DNA from: Torpedo marmorata
Taxonomy: Eukaryota
Assembly: GCA_977017645.1 (NCBI GenBank)
Contig: OZ360226.1
Location: forward strand, 66,464,001-66,528,000
Direction: 5' to 3'
Length of the DNA: 64,000 bases
Of this stretch, positions 23,082 through 36,853 are shown one piece after another. A program made the position numbers and the translations under genes. Positions within the stretch are counted from its first letter, which is position 1. Every line of letters begins with the position of its first letter. The notes below the pieces were generated by a model, which had not been told where the DNA came from, did not search any database, and saw only the letters and a program-made list of their open reading frames with translations.

Positions 23082-25360
23082 AAAGTCAAAGTTCAGATTT
23101 ATTATCAGAGTACATACACGCATCACATACAACCCTGGGACTCTTTTTCCTGCGGGTGAGGCAGAATTACCACTTATTGGTAGTGCAAAATAAAACTGTA
23201 CTCAACATACACATGTAAACAAATAAAGAAATGTAAACAAATTGACTGTGCAAAACAGAGAGAAAAAAAATCAATAAAGTGCAAAAGTAAGAGTCCTGAA
23301 ATGAATCCCTAATTGAGTTTGTTGTTGAGGAGTCTGATGGTGGAGGGGTGGCAGCTGTTCCTGAACCTGGTGGTGCAAGTATTGTGGCACCTATTCTTTC
23401 TTTTAAAAAAATTATTTAAAATTTTAAATCACTCGATAATACATATTTATAAAATGCAAAATTATCAAAATACATGTGATATATTTTCACCCCCCTCCCT
23501 CCCTTTCCTAACCCTCCCACCCTTACTATTCTAATAATATAGAAAGAAAGAAAGAAAAATATAAAATATGGAGAATGTCAATCTAAAAAGAACAACTATA
23601 AGCTAATTTTATTGTGGAACACAGGTTCACCAGTCAGATCTGATGTCCAGAGATCTTCAAATCCTTAGACCCATAGTTTTTATATATGGGCTCCATATTT
23701 TCAAAAAGAAATGATATTTGTTACGTAAATTCTAAGTAATTTTTTCAAGTGGTATAGCTGAACGAAGTTCTGCATGCCATCTTTCTAACCCTAAATCTAC
23801 ATCCGATTTCCATGTAATAGCAATGCATTTCTTTGAAACAGTTAAAGCAATTCGCAAAAATTCTATTTGATACATATTTAATTTCATTTTAATACTAATT
23901 CTTTTAATATCTCCAAACAAAAATATCATAGGATCCATTGGGAGTGTAATTCTTAATACTTTATCTAAAAACTTTTAAACTTTCAACCAGAAATCATATA
24001 TATTTGGACAAAGCCACGTAGAGTGTACAAAAGAACCTTCCTCTATTACATCTAAAACATAAACCTGATAATGTCGAATTAAATTTCTTAGGTGTTAAAT
24101 ATAATTGATGCAAAAAGTTATATTGCACTAACCTATATCTAACATTAATAATCTTCGTCAAACTTTGTTTACATATTTCTTTCCAATGTTCCTCATCTAT
24201 TGTTACATTCAGATCTGATTCCCATTTTAATCTTGATTTATGAATTCCTAATTTAGGCATTTTTCTCTGTAGCAATCTATACATTTGAGAAATAAATTTA
24301 TTTACACCCCCATTAGTAATTAATAGTTCCAATTCACTTTGTCTTGGTAAAGTTAAACTATAACCCAACCTTTCAAATAAAAATGCTCTAATTTGATAAT
24401 AAGCAAAAAGTGTATTGTTTAATACATTAAACTTCTCTTTCATTCTTTGAAAAGTAATAAATTTACTAGCTTCAAAACAATCATTTATTTTAAATTCCTT
24501 TTTGAAACCAAATTCTTTCTTGATTGCAGCAGCGAGAACAGAGCGTGTGCTGGGTGGTGTGGATCCTTGATGAATGCTGCTGATCTCCGACAGCAGCGTT
24601 CCCCATGGATGTTCTTGATGGTGGGAAGGTGTTTGCCAGTAATGTCCTGGGCTGTGTCCACTACCTTTTGGAGGGCTTTACGCTCAGGGGTATTGGTATC
24701 CCCATACCAATGCAGCCGGTCAGCACACTTTCAACCACACATCTGTAGAAATTTGCCAGGGTTTCCAATGTCATACCAAACCTCCATAAACTCCTGAGGA
24801 AGTAGAGGCGCTGACATGCTTTCTACACGATGCCATTAGTGTGTTGGCTCCAGGAAAGATCCTCGGAGATAGTGACTCCCAAGAACTTAAGTGTGCTCAC
24901 CCTCTCCACCTCTGATCCCCCAATGATCTCTGGATCATACACCTCTGGTTTTCCCTTCCTGAAGACAACAATCAGCTCCTTGGTTTTGGTGACATTGTGT
25001 GCGAGCTTGTTGTTGGTGCACCATTGAGCCAAGTTTTCAATTTCCCTCCTGTATGCTGACTCATCGCCCCTTTTTATACAACCCAATACCGTAGTATCAT
25101 CAGCAAATTAGGAGATGGTGTTATTGTCATTCCGAGCCACACAGTCATAGGTGTATATCAAGTAGGGCTAAGAACGCAGCCATGTGGTGCTCCGGTACTG
25201 ATAGAGATTGTGCAAGAGATGTTCTTTCCAATCCTCATTGATTGTGGTCTGGAGATGAGGAAATCCAGGATCCAATTACATAGTGGGGTGTTGAGTCCCA
25301 GGTCTTGGAGCTTGCTGATCAATTTTGAGGGGATAATGGTGTTGAATGCCAAACTGTAGT
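23082..25360 (-). mobile_element. Rex1/Babar LINE (3' part) interrupted by an L1
   Basis: [34 protein letters not shown]; 3' end matches the Rex1 copy ending at ~63770. Confidence 0.9.
23403..24511 (-). mobile_element. 5'-truncated L1 nested in Rex1
   Basis: TSD attctttctt at 23393-23402 and 24512-24521; ORF2 C-terminus nearly identical to 7500-8320. Confidence 0.9.
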
Positions 25361-25502
25361 CTTCTGGACCAGAAGCCAAAGTTGCTGGCTAAGAATGTAC
25401 TGCACTGGATTGGTGAGAGCCAGCATCTTTTGAAAGGAGTTCATTCTGATGTCATCGGGTCAAGTTGGTGACCCAGAAAAGCTTCACCCTTAAATCTATT
25501 GA

Positions 25503-26155
25503 TAAACAGGAGACTGCAGATGCTGGAATTTGGAGGAACCTGCGGGAGGAACGTAGCTGGTTGAGCACCATCAGTGGAAGTAAAAGTATTGTCAATGTTT
25601 CGGGCTGGGAACCTTTATTGTTCCAGCCTGAAATGTTGACTATTTTTTCCCCCGAGGATGTGGCTCCAGCTGTTGAGTTCCTCCAGCAGATTGTATGTTG
25701 TTGAGAAAATTTGACAGATTTTGTTAATAAACAAAAAATAACAAGATCACTTAAACCATGTAAAATATTTCCAAATAATTAAGAACATAGCAAATGTAAA
25801 CAAACTTAAAATGGCATTTGTCATTTCCTTCCCATTCTTCCTTGCAGCTGCAAAATTTGCATTGGATTGAATGGGTTTGTAGTCAGGACCTGTGAACAGA
25901 TTCTATATTGCAACTGCTGGCGAACTTCAGCAAGAACATGCTCCACCATGCAGAATCCAGTGGCAAAGTGTGCTGACAAATTCACTGGCTGGAATCCATC
26001 AGTAAATTTGAGACTTAAGTGAAACACAAAAGCTGCAGATGCTGGAATCTTGGTGCAAACAATGAGAAGCTGGAGGAACTCAGTGGGTCAGACAGCATCG
26101 ATGGGTAGAAATGGTCAGTCACTGTTTTGGGTCGGGAACCTGCATCAAGACCTTT
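25503..26155. repeat. Two short Penelope-pLTR-derived repeats (25503-25705, 26020-26155)
   Basis: ctgcagatgctggaa...ggaactcag...gtttcggg motif recurs, in either orientation, at 37975-38110, 42055-42180, 56385-56530 and after the Penelope GIY-YIG at 61800-61900. Confidence 0.55.
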
Positions 26156-26164
26156 ACTCTGTTT

Positions 26165-26470
26165 CCCAGGTAAAAGGTATCTAAAACTAGAGGATATATG
26201 TTTAAGGTGAGAGGGAGATTTATTGGGGATCTGAGGGGTACATTTTTCACACAAAGGGTAGTTGGTATCTGGAATGAATTGCCTGAGGAGGTGATAGATG
26301 CAGGAACAGTTACAATATTTAAGAGATATCAGGGCAGATACTTGAATGAGCAGGGCAGAGAGGGATATGAAATTAATTCAGGCAAGTGAGATTAGTACAG
26401 ATGGACATGATGGTTGTCATAGATGCTGTGGTCTGAAGGGCCTATGCTGTCCATTTTTATGAGTCTATAA
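26165..26470 (+). mobile_element. CR1 3'-end fragment
   Basis: FFTQRVVGIWNELP motif and CR1 3' tail. Confidence 0.8.
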
Positions 26471-27310
26471 GTGTGATGATAATATTTAAATATATACCGG
26501 TAGCTGTGAAACAAAATAGTTTAATCCCTTTTGGTAAAGTGCTGCCTAACATATATTCATAATCTTTTCATTTGTACTATTTCATTGCTTTACAGCAGTG
26601 AGAAATTGGGTTTGGAGTACCTGTTTTTTTCAATAAAATAAGTTTGATTTTATGTTGTCCCACTGAAATCATTTATTAATTCCAGATAATATGATGGAAA
26701 AATAACACTGTTCTTTTAGTCTGTAGTAGGTAGTTATTTAGTACTGTGCTGGCTTCCAGCAATTCACTGACTCCTAATGGCATCTCCATCCATGATCCCT
26801 GGTGGCATACACTCCTCTACCATCACATATATGCATTCAGAAAATCAACAATCAGAACCAGTAGTCTATGTTTTGAATTTAATTTTGGTGAGTATGTGAG
26901 CTTGAGGGTAGGTCAGAAGTTAAATCTGCCTAAAATAATAGCACATTGGATACTGCTTCCAACACATCAATCTCTGCATCTAACACAAAGGTGGGGGACA
27001 GCATTGGGTGCAACACTTAAAAATGGGGTAATGACAGTTTCAATGCAAATAACACATTATTAAAATTCATCTAACTTGCATAAATTACCTGGGTTTCCTG
27101 AAATTTGTCTATGAACAAGGCAAGAGCACAATGGAAGTGGTTCAAAGATCTAGCAGCTAAACATTTTAGTATGGCAATCTTTAGTATTTAGTAAGGCAAT
27201 CACTTATTTTCTGAAATAACTTAGACAAAGTTCTGTTCATAAAAGTTGTGGTGGTAACTTATTTCTGAAAGTTTGCAACAAATCGGGATACAATTGGAGC
27301 AAAGTTAGTA

Positions 27311-27763
27311 CAGTACATTTCCGATTATCCGAAACACTCGGGACCGGACGTGTATCGGTTAACTGCATTTTTCGGATAACTGAGAAATGGCTTTGAGCAG
27401 CCCAGTAGCATCAGCAGAATACTTGTATCGGCTGTCGCCGATCCCTGACACCTCCCCACTGCCGTCGCCGAACCTGCCCGGGAGCCCGAGGTCCCCGCTC
27501 CGATCCCAGCCCAGTGGCATCAGCATAAAACAACAACAAAGAACAAGGGAAGGTTTTTCAAGCATGAAATAAAATGTAATTCTTACCTTGAGTACACGAG
27601 AGCTCTGTTGGATTCAAAATGTTACTAACAGCGTGTCAGAGTCCCACTTAAGCACGGCGGGTAAAAAAAAATTTCAACTTGTGACGTCATGTTGCCGCTG
27701 AAATTTTTTTTGGATAACTGAGAATTTCGGTAAAGTGGTTTTCGGATAATTGGAAACGTACTG
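27311..27763. mobile_element. Tigger/pogo-like MITE
   Basis: TIRs cagtacatttccgattatccgaaa / tttcggataattggaaacgtactg; TA on the left. Confidence 0.75.
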
Positions 27764-27952
27764 TCCTGCAGTTAGTGCTGCAGTTCTGCCTCCAAACTGT
27801 GGAGGTCGGCACTTGTAAACTGCACTTATGCTGGTTTCAATAGGCAACATCACATGAATATTGCTTATGTTATAATATTTGTGATTCAGGAGAACCAAGA
27901 TGAACATCACAAGGAATGGCAGCAGGTTGCTCCTCACTTACATCAGGTTACC

Positions 27953-28319
27953 ACCCAGCACACGCTCTGTTCTCACTGCTGCCATCAGGAAAGAGGTATA
28001 AGTGCCACAAGACACGCACCATCAGGTTCAGGAACAGCTGCTACCCCTCCACCATCAGACTCCTCAACGACAAACTCAATCAGAGACTCATTTAAGGACT
28101 CTTACTTGTGCACTTTATTTTCTTTGTTCTCTCTGTATTGCACAGTCAGTTTGTTTACATCCGTTATCTGTTTACAGTTCTTTATTTGTTTACATGTTTA
28201 CGCTGCGTACAGTTTATTTTTGCACTACCAATTAGTGGTAATTCTGCCGCGCCTGCAGGAAAAAGGAATCTCAGGGTTGTATGTGATATCATGTATGTAC
28301 TCTGACAATAAATCTGAAC
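27953..28319 (+). mobile_element. Rex1/Babar 3' fragment
   Basis: Near-identical to 63430-63770. Confidence 0.88.
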
Positions 28320-28329
28320 TTACCTGCAG

Positions 28330-29050
28330 TTGCACTGGAGATATGGAAGCAGCAGAGAGGTCTAGTTCACAGGTGGTCATTCCACCACTCAGGGTATGTA
28401 GACAGTGGATAAGCTTTCGTGACTGAGGAGGGCACATTATGTTATCACATCAGTGATAGTAGGTATTTGATTCTCCCATCTGTTAGCTTGGTGGTCATGC
28501 ATGGATGTCGCAATCACTATTGCTTTCTACCTCTTTGGTTGAGATTCCTTCTGAAGGGATGTGCAGAATCTCCCGATTGACTGCAAATATGCAAATATAT
28601 AAGGCACTGAATTGCAAGGAAACCAGCTCAGGTTTGATGAGGTCAGCCGGGATAAGTGGGCACTCAGATTTGTGGCTTCAGCTGCCTTCCCATTGACGAC
28701 AACCATACCACAATCAAGTGACTTCTTCGATCACACGTGGAAGTTTATTGACTAGAAAACCTTCCACTCCAATAATGTGCAGCAGGTCTGCAACCACATG
28801 CCTGCAAATGTCAACAAGATTCACAGGCAGAAGCAGTTCACTTTCCCTGATCTGCGCACACCTCAAGTAGTGTCTATAACTAGCCTGGAGACAAGAATAC
28901 ACTTGTAAAGCCTTTAGAGAGTAGACAATGAGATCCATGAACAACTAAATAATTGAGATCCAAGACAATCAATTCAAAGCTATCTAACAACAAGAAGTGA
29001 TGCTGAGCAAACCATCACTGCAGAAAATCCACAATATGCTTTGAGAGATT
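28330..29050 (+). pseudogene. Fossil PIF/Harbinger (HARBI1-like) transposase
   Basis: Broken frames give MCRISRLTANMQIYKAL, AAFP, KTFHSNNVQQVCNH and RFTG, in the order of HARBI1 motifs GISQS, AGFP, RKGFHSINVQLVCD and RFPGS. Confidence 0.6.
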
Positions 29051-31295
29051 TGGAGATTTAATAAACAAAACACATGGTCTCTGGAGCAGCCTTCAGAATA
29101 TTCATTAAATCCACTTTCTCTCCCACTTCCCTTGACACAACCTAATGCCAAAATATATGCTTTTCACAGCCACCAATGCCATTCCTAGTGTCAATCTACA
29201 GCCCACCATTCAACATGCTCAGTGGCTAGGGCAGAAGATGGGGTCAATGAATCATTTTGTGAAAGTCAAAACTTGGTATTCCTATTTTTTGAAAAAAAAA
29301 AGTCCATATGTTGAATATTCTTCTTCTTATAACTTGTATATATGGTGCAACTCTGCAGAGGTGACAGCCTCTGTGATTTGAACCCCTTCAAGGCTTTCGC
29401 ATAGACTGCTCCATCTTCAGATATATAGGGAGGTACTAAGCTATTAAGCCATTATGTGGGCTACTATGAGTCAATGAGGTGCCAAACATCTAAGGCTAGG
29501 GTAGTAATGCATCCAACTCAAGGAAAAATTCATATCATTCAAGCCCTCAGTGAGTTCTTAAATTAATTCATTCAATTATTACATTTGATCATTTTTGCAG
29601 ATGACCTTATTCTATGCAAATGGTTGCCATCAGAAATCCTGCAACATCATAACACTGAAATACTCAGCAGATCAGGCAACATCTATGGAGAAGAAAGAAT
29701 GTATGATTGATGACCTTTCATTAGAATTAGGCAAAACAGAAAACAACCATATTAAGGTCACAAAGAAGGGGATACGTAGAGAAGACAAAAGATTGTGGAC
29801 ATAAGTTAATGTACTCCATTTGGCACCAACAATGTGGTTCTCCTCTACATTAAAGAAACAAAATGCAAATTTTTGACTGTTTTGTGAAGCACTTCTTTCA
29901 GTCCACAAGGTGACCATGAGCTTCCAGTTGCCAGGGACTTCAGTTCTCCCTCCTATTTGTACTCTGAATCCCTGTCTTTGGCCTCTGAGTGCTCCAGTAA
30001 AGCCCAACAAACACTAACATGCTTTTGTTCTCTCCACCTTTCCCCCTTTCCTGGAACTTGCTTGTTATTTAACCTTTGCCTCCTTCTTATGAAAGCAAAT
30101 TGATTGAAATGTTAAATCAGTTTCTCTCTCCATAATGCTGCCATACTTCCTGAGTAGTTTGAGCAGTTTCTTTATTGATGTCATGCTGCTCATGCTTAAG
30201 ACAGATTCCTCCAATTCATTCCTGCTACATCAGATGTATCCTCGTCAGTGGTGCTTTCAGAAGTACACTGCAGCTGAAGAGACAATGGATCCCGTTGTTC
30301 CCTCCAATGCAAACATTCCATTCCTGTCCTTCTCCAGCACTTGCTCTTGTTATGGACCATGACTGACAGTTTGGACTGCGGACGGTAAGCAGGAAGGATG
30401 AAGTCTTTTGAAGTATACACTGGGACCTGGTACTGAAAGAATTAACTTGCCCAGGACTTCTTGTATTTACCAGAGAGAGACATCAGGGGGAGAAAAACTG
30501 TGAAAAGGACACTTGGTGAAAAACTTTGGACAAAACAGGCTGGAAAGAAACTCTCTCTCTATTGTGAGGCCTAAAGTGAAAACTAAAAGTGTGGCAGTTT
30601 TGGAGTTGAAAAGGCGGGAGAACTCAGTAGGATCCAGGCCTGTGCATCCCAGAGAAGAAATGAGGAGAATAGCACAGAGTCTCTTGAATCAGAAAAGTCC
30701 AGGCTTGTGCATCCCAGGGAAAAGGCTGGGAGAAAAACAAGGCCTGATGATTCGGCAGAATCCTGAGTTGTGAGAACAGCTTTTGTGAGGAACCGGCTGT
30801 GAAATCCAAGTACACGCCTTAATACAAAACGGATCTGAATTCGCAATCCTTATGAAAACACAAGAAGGGAACGTCATCAGAGAAGAAAAGCAAGCCAAGT
30901 ATTCGTAAGCATAAACAGTCATTGTCTCTCTCCAACATTCATTAAGAAGTCCTTCTACCAGCACACAGAGCTGAATTTGGAACCTGAACTTAGAGAGTGA
31001 ATTTTTGTGGACTGTATTATTTTTTTGACTGACTTGTTTTTATGACTGACCTGGGGTTTTTGGGAAAAGTTTTTCTATTTTTACATGAGAGTTGGGCACA
31101 GACTGTAATGGTCTGGGCTTTACACACACACACACACACACACCTTTTAGATAAGAATAGTGTTTATAGACATTTATAGTGGGGTTAATTGTTGTGAAAT
31201 TATATGTTTAATTGTCTTTAATTCATATAAATTTCAATTTTACACCTTTTGCATTGCATCTTCTGTCGTTGCTGGTTTGAATTTTGTAACAAAAT

Positions 31296-31315
31296 TGGGG
31301 GCTCGTCCTTGGGAT
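31296..31315 (+). promoter_or_regulatory. tRNA-Pro primer binding site
   Basis: tgggggctcgtcc(tt)gggat versus the canonical TGGGGGCTCGTCCGGGAT, 4 nt after the 5' LTR. Confidence 0.85.
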
Positions 31316-31426
31316 TTGAATTAAAAATCCATCTTGGTAATTGAAGGAATCCCAGTTTGGTTTAAGACATTCCTTTTGTAAAGCTAATTAAAAGCTAGTG
31401 TGTGTGTAACGAAAAATCAGCAACAA

Positions 31427-34400
31427 TGGATGCAGAACGTTTTTTGGAATCACCTGAATCTGATACTTTAAAAAAGGGAAAAAGGAACAGTTAGTGGCTA
31501 TAGCAACAGGGTTGGGCATTGCTTCTGTTAAATCATTTATGGAAAAGGCAGAGATTGGGAGAAAAATTGTCAAATACTATATAAAAGAAAAAAAGTTTGA
31601 GGAGAGTGTGTTAGAGCAGTTTCCCAAGGGTAAACCTTCTGAAAAAATACAGTTGGAAATAAAGAAATTGGAATTGAAGGCAGCCAGGGAACAGAAGGAA
31701 ATTGGAATTGGAGGCAGCCAGGGAACAAAAGAAATTGGAATTGGAACAAAAGAAATTAGACTTAGAATTCAATGAGAGAAATAGGAGATATATGCTGGAA
31801 AAGATAAAGTTGGAAAATGAGAGGAGACAAGAAGAGCACCAAGATCAAATTCATCATCCTGTTGAGGGGTTTTTGGCTAGTAGAGAAGTTAGGTTGGTTC
31901 CTCCATTTGAGGAGGCAGAAATAGATAAGTACTTCCAGCATTTTGAGAAGGTGGCTGTGAAATTAAAATGGCCACAAGACCAATGGTCTGTTATGTTACA
32001 AAGTGTAAAAAAAGGAAAAGCTCAGCAAGCTTATTCTACTCTTACCACGGAGCAAGCTGCTGATTATGAAACGGTGAAAAAGGCTAAACTCCAGGCTTAT
32101 GAGTTAGTTCCAGAGGCTTATAGACAGAAGTTTAGAAATTTAAAAAGATCAGCAACCCAATCTTACACAGAGTTTGCCTATGAAAAGGTTGTGTATTTTG
32201 ACCAGTGGTGCACATCTAAGGCGGTAAACAATGATTACAATCAATTGAGAGAATTGATAATAATCGAGGAGATAAAAAGGTATGTTCCTGAGGATATTAA
32301 GGCATACTTAGATGAAAAGGAAGTGAAAACTTGGCAAAATTCAGCTAAGTTAGCAGATGAATATGCTTTAACCCACAAGCCTAAGTGGACGTCAGGCAGA
32401 ATTTTCCAAAAGGTCACTGTGGATAATCCCAAGCAAGTGGAAAGTAAATTTGGAAGTGGTGTTAAGGAAAGGGATGAAGGAAAGTGGAAAAGGGAAAACC
32501 ATTCGGGTCCCATTTGCCACTACTGTTGGAAGGCTGATCATATGCTAGCAAGCCGTCCAGTGTTGAAAAAGAGAGAAAAGGATGCAACACCTAATGCTTG
32601 TATTCAGAGTGAGAAGAGGAATAACACCCAGGAAGGAGATAAATTTACTGACAAAGTTAGAGATGTATTTAAACCTTTTGTGACTGATAGTTTTGTTTCA
32701 GTTAAGGCAGGATCAAAACAAGTTCCAGTGAAAATCTTGCAAGATACTGGAGCTGCTCAGTCACTTGTGTTAGATAGTGTCTTGGAATTTTGTGAAGCTA
32801 CTGACACTGGTGACATAAATTTAATTAAAGGAATTGGGGGTGATGTTGAGTCCATTCCTTTGCACAAAATAATGTTGGACTCAGACTTGGTGGAAGGACC
32901 TGTTATAATAGGAGTGAGATCAGAGTTGCCAGTAGAAGGAGTCTCACTGTTGCTAGGCAATGATTTGGCCAAGGGTAAAGTAGTTCCTGCAGCGCGAATG
33001 ACCACTAAGCCAGTCATTGATAAGTCAGAGAAAGACTCTGATATTTATCCGGCATGTGCCATAACCAGGGCCATGTCTAAGAAAAATATCACTGTAGAGA
33101 AGGCAGTGGAAAATAACTTGGTGAAAGAAAAAGACAGTGATAATCAAGAAAACCTGAAAAAGGTTGAGCAATCTCCTATGTTACACCCATCCACTGATAA
33201 GACACCTAAAGGCACAGATTTGTCACTATTCCGACAGGAGCTAATAGCAAGGCAAAAGGACGATCCTGATCTTGCTGAGGTGAGGGATAAGGTTCTCTCT
33301 GAAGAGGAGATTAAAAAGGTGCCAGTGGGTTATTATGAAAAAGATGGGGTGTTGATGAGAAAGTGGAGACCATGTGATGTTCCTGCCAATGAAGAATGGG
33401 CAGTAGTGCAGCAGGTTGTGATCCCTAAAGTATATAGCGATGCAATAATAACTTTGGCTCATAGTACACCCTTAGGTGGTCACCTTGGGGTGAAGAAAAC
33501 TATAAGGAAGATAATGAAACAATTTTATTGGCCCAGTTTGAGAAGGGAGGTTGTAAGCTTTCCCGGGCCTGTCACACTTGTCAGGTGGTGGGTAAACCAA
33601 ATCAGGGTGTCCTGTGGCACCCATGCAACCTATCCTTGCTTTCAGTGAGCCTGTCTCGAGAGTAATTGTGGACTGTGTTGGCCCATTGCCTAAAACCAAA
33701 GCGGGGAATGAGTATTTGTTAACAATTATGTGTGCAGCCACCAGATTTCCAGAGGCAATTCCTGAGAAACATTAAAGCAAAGTCAATTGTAAAGGCTATG
33801 GTAAAGTTTTTCACCTTGGTAGGTTTGCCAAGGGAAATTCAATCAGATCAGGGCAGTAATTTCATGTCAGGCGATTTCCAACAAGTGGTTGATGGACTGG
33901 GAGTTAAACAGATTGTATCCTCTGCGTACCATCCAGAAAGTCAAGGGGCCTTGGAGAGGTTCCATTCCACTTTGAAAAACATGATTAGAACCTATTGTTG
34001 TGAGAAGGAAAAAGATTGGGATGAGGGGGTTCATTTGTTGTTATTTGAAGTGAGGGAGTCTGTCCAAGAATCACTTGGTTTTAGTCCATTTGAGTTAGTT
34101 TTCGGACGAGGTGAGAGGTCCTTTAAGATTATTAAAAGAACAGTGGATTAATAGTGATGTGCATTTAAATCTGTTAGATTATGTTTCAAAATTTAAGGAT
34201 CGGTTGCATTGGGCTTGTGAGATGGCAAAGGAGAATTTAAAGGCCACTCAACAGAGAATGAAGGTTTGGTATGATCGAAAGGCTAAGATGAGAACTTTTA
34301 AACCTGGTGAGAACGTATTAGTTCTGTTTCCCATCCATTCAAATCCTCTTAGGGCTAGATTTTCAGGACCCTATAGAGTTAAGTCAAAAATTAATGATGT

Positions 34401-35256
34401 CACCTATGTCATAGAAACACCGAATCGCAGACGAGAAACACAGGTCTGTCATGTGAATATGATTAAGCCATATTTTGAACAGGTGCCACACAAAGGGACT
34501 GAAAATTTACCAGAGGTACTGGTTATTGACAGGGGTAAGGAGGAGACAGATAAAACCAGTTTCAGAGAGGGTCATGGGACTGTTAATTCTCTGGGTTATG
34601 TAGTAGGACAGGGGAAGTTGGCGCCAGTAGAGGCAAAGGTTGTGACTATTTCCGAGTTCCCTGTTCCAACTGGTAAGAAAACTCTGAGGACGTTCCTGGG
34701 AATGATTGGCTACTACCGCAAGTTCTGTAAAAACTTTGCTGATCTTGCGCTCCCTCTCACAAATTTGCTTAGAAAGAGAGAAAAATTTGTATGGTCGACA
34801 GGTTGTCAGGAAGCATTTGTCAAATTGAAAGCCATGTTATGCCACCAACCTGTGCTTAAGTCACCTAATGTAGAACAGCCGTTTTCTTTAGCCGTGGATG
34901 CCAGTGATGAAGCTGTGGGTGCGGTGCTGTTACAGAAGAAAAACGAAGAGGACATTGACCATCCGGTATCCTACTTCTCGAAGAAGTTCAATGATCATCA
35001 AAGGAATTATTCAACCATAGAAAAAGAGTTGTTGGCTCTTGTGTTGGCTCTACAACACTTTGATATTTATATCTGCACAGCTCAAAAACCACTCATAGTG
35101 TATACTGACCATAATCCATTAGTTTTTCTTTATAAAATGAAAAATAAGAATCGACGGTTGTTGAATTGGAGTCTAATTTTGCAAGAATATGATTTGGTAG
35201 TAACACATATAAAATGGAAAGATAATGTAATTGCTGATTGTCTTTCTAGATGTTAA
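31427..35256 (+). pseudogene. Gmr1-type gag-pol (SCAN-like capsid, PR, IN, truncated RT, RNase H)
   Basis: LVPPFEE..YFQHFEK, DTGA, AH..GGHLG, IQSDQGSNF, HPESQGALERFH, GPY, DASDEAVGAVL, ADCLSR; no YxDD motif found. Confidence 0.9.
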
Positions 35257-36847
35257 ACTTTATCAATGAAAATAGTTCATATTTTGTATTTGTGGATGAA
35301 CATTGTGGGTTTTGTTTATATTGTAACACCTCAATTTCTAAAATTTTGTTTTTTTTAGACCAAAACTTTCTTTGTGGGTGGGAGGTGTTATGGACCATGA
35401 CTGACCATTTGGACTGCGGACGGTAAGCAGGAAGGATGAAGTCTTTTGGAGTACACATTGGGACCTGGTACTGAAAGAGTTAACTTGCCCAGGACTTCTT
35501 GTATTTACCAGAGAGAGACATCAGGGGGAGACAAACTGTGAAAAGGACACTTGGTGAAAAACTTTGGACGAAACAGGCTGGAGAGAAACTCTCTCTCCAT
35601 TGTGAGGCCTAAAGTGAAAACTAAAAGTGTGGCAGTTTTGGAGTTGAAAAGGCGGGAGAACTCAGTAGGATCCAGGCCTGTGCATCCCAGAGAAGAAGTG
35701 GGGAAAATAGCACAGAGTCTCTTGAATCAGAAAAGTCCAGGCTTGTGCATCCCAGGGAAAAGGCTGGGAGAAAAACAAGGCCTGAAGATTCGGCAGAATC
35801 CTGAGTTGTGAGAACAGTTTTTGTGAGGAACCGGCTGTGAAATCCAAGTATACGCCTTAATACAAAACAGATCTCAATTCGCAATCCTTATGAAAACTCA
35901 AGAAGGGAACGTCATCAGAGAAGAAAAGCAAGCCAAGTATTCGTAAGCATAAACAGTCATTGTCTCTCTCCAACGTTCATTAAGAAGTCCTTCTACCAGC
36001 ACACAGAGCTGAATTTGGAACCTGAACTTAGAGTAAATTTTTTGTGGACTGTATTATTTTTTTTGACTGACTAGTTTTTATGACTGACCTGGGGTTTTTG
36101 GGGAAAGTTTTTCCATTTTTACATGAGGGTTGGGCACAGACTGTAATGGTCTGAGCTTTATACACACACACACCTTTTAGATAAGAATAGTGTTTATAGA
36201 CGTTTATAGTGGGGTTAATTGTTGTGAAATTATATGTTTAATTATCTTTAATAAATTTAAATTTTACCCCTTTTGCATTGTGTCTTCTATCGTTGCTGGT
36301 TTGAATTTGTAACACTCTTCTTCATTTGTGATGTGTCCATTACTGGATGAAAACCAAATCTTTCTTACTGGACCCATCAAAGCATTAGTTTCTGAGCAAG
36401 TAGATGGTGGAGATAAGTCCCATGTCAGTTTTCCCTCAGAATAAGTACCTTCCCCTGAAGAGTCATTATGTGGTCGAGTCCCTCGTAGCTTGGATGGAGG
36501 CATTGTAGAGGATTAAATCCAATAGAGCTGTCAACAACCTTGCTTATCATTGTGCACCAGATTTTTCCACTCAGTGTTGACTTCAGATCCATATGAATGA
36601 GTGGAGTATGTAATGTGGCTGAATGAAATTGAATTCTACCAGCAACAAATTGTGTTCTGCTCCCCATTTTACTAATCACTGCTTAAACATCCTGGTTTCC
36701 TGCCTGTAACTGAATCACTGTTGGTTCTACTTCAGTTCCAACATAAACTTTGCAATCCATGTCGTGTACATAAAATAAACATTAAAATAAGATACAAAAA
36801 AATTAAAACAGTGCAACCATGCAGAGTTCACGTTAATTTCTGACAGC

Positions 36848-36853
36848 TTTATT
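36848..36853 (-). promoter_or_regulatory. Probable CFAP300 poly(A) signal AATAAA (3'UTR about 36830-37305)
   Basis: tttatt on the plus strand about 450 nt past the stop, followed on the minus strand by a T/GT-rich tract. Confidence 0.6.

Larger units (their letters stand above)
30348..36314 (+). mobile_element. Gmr1-like Gypsy LTR retrotransposon (PR-IN-RT-RH order), RT core deleted
   Basis: LTRs 30348-31291 and 35386-36314 (TGTTA..TAACA); TSD ctct at 30344-30347/36315-36318; PPT gtgggtgggagg. Confidence 0.95.

Noticed and set aside
25821-26010. Acceptor-like ttccttgcag followed by a Cys-rich frame
   Set aside because: No recognisable protein, no convincing donor or partner exon.
30513-30846. 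86-87-aa ORFs repeated at 35551-35884
   Set aside because: Duplicated only because they lie in the two LTRs; no independent coding evidence.
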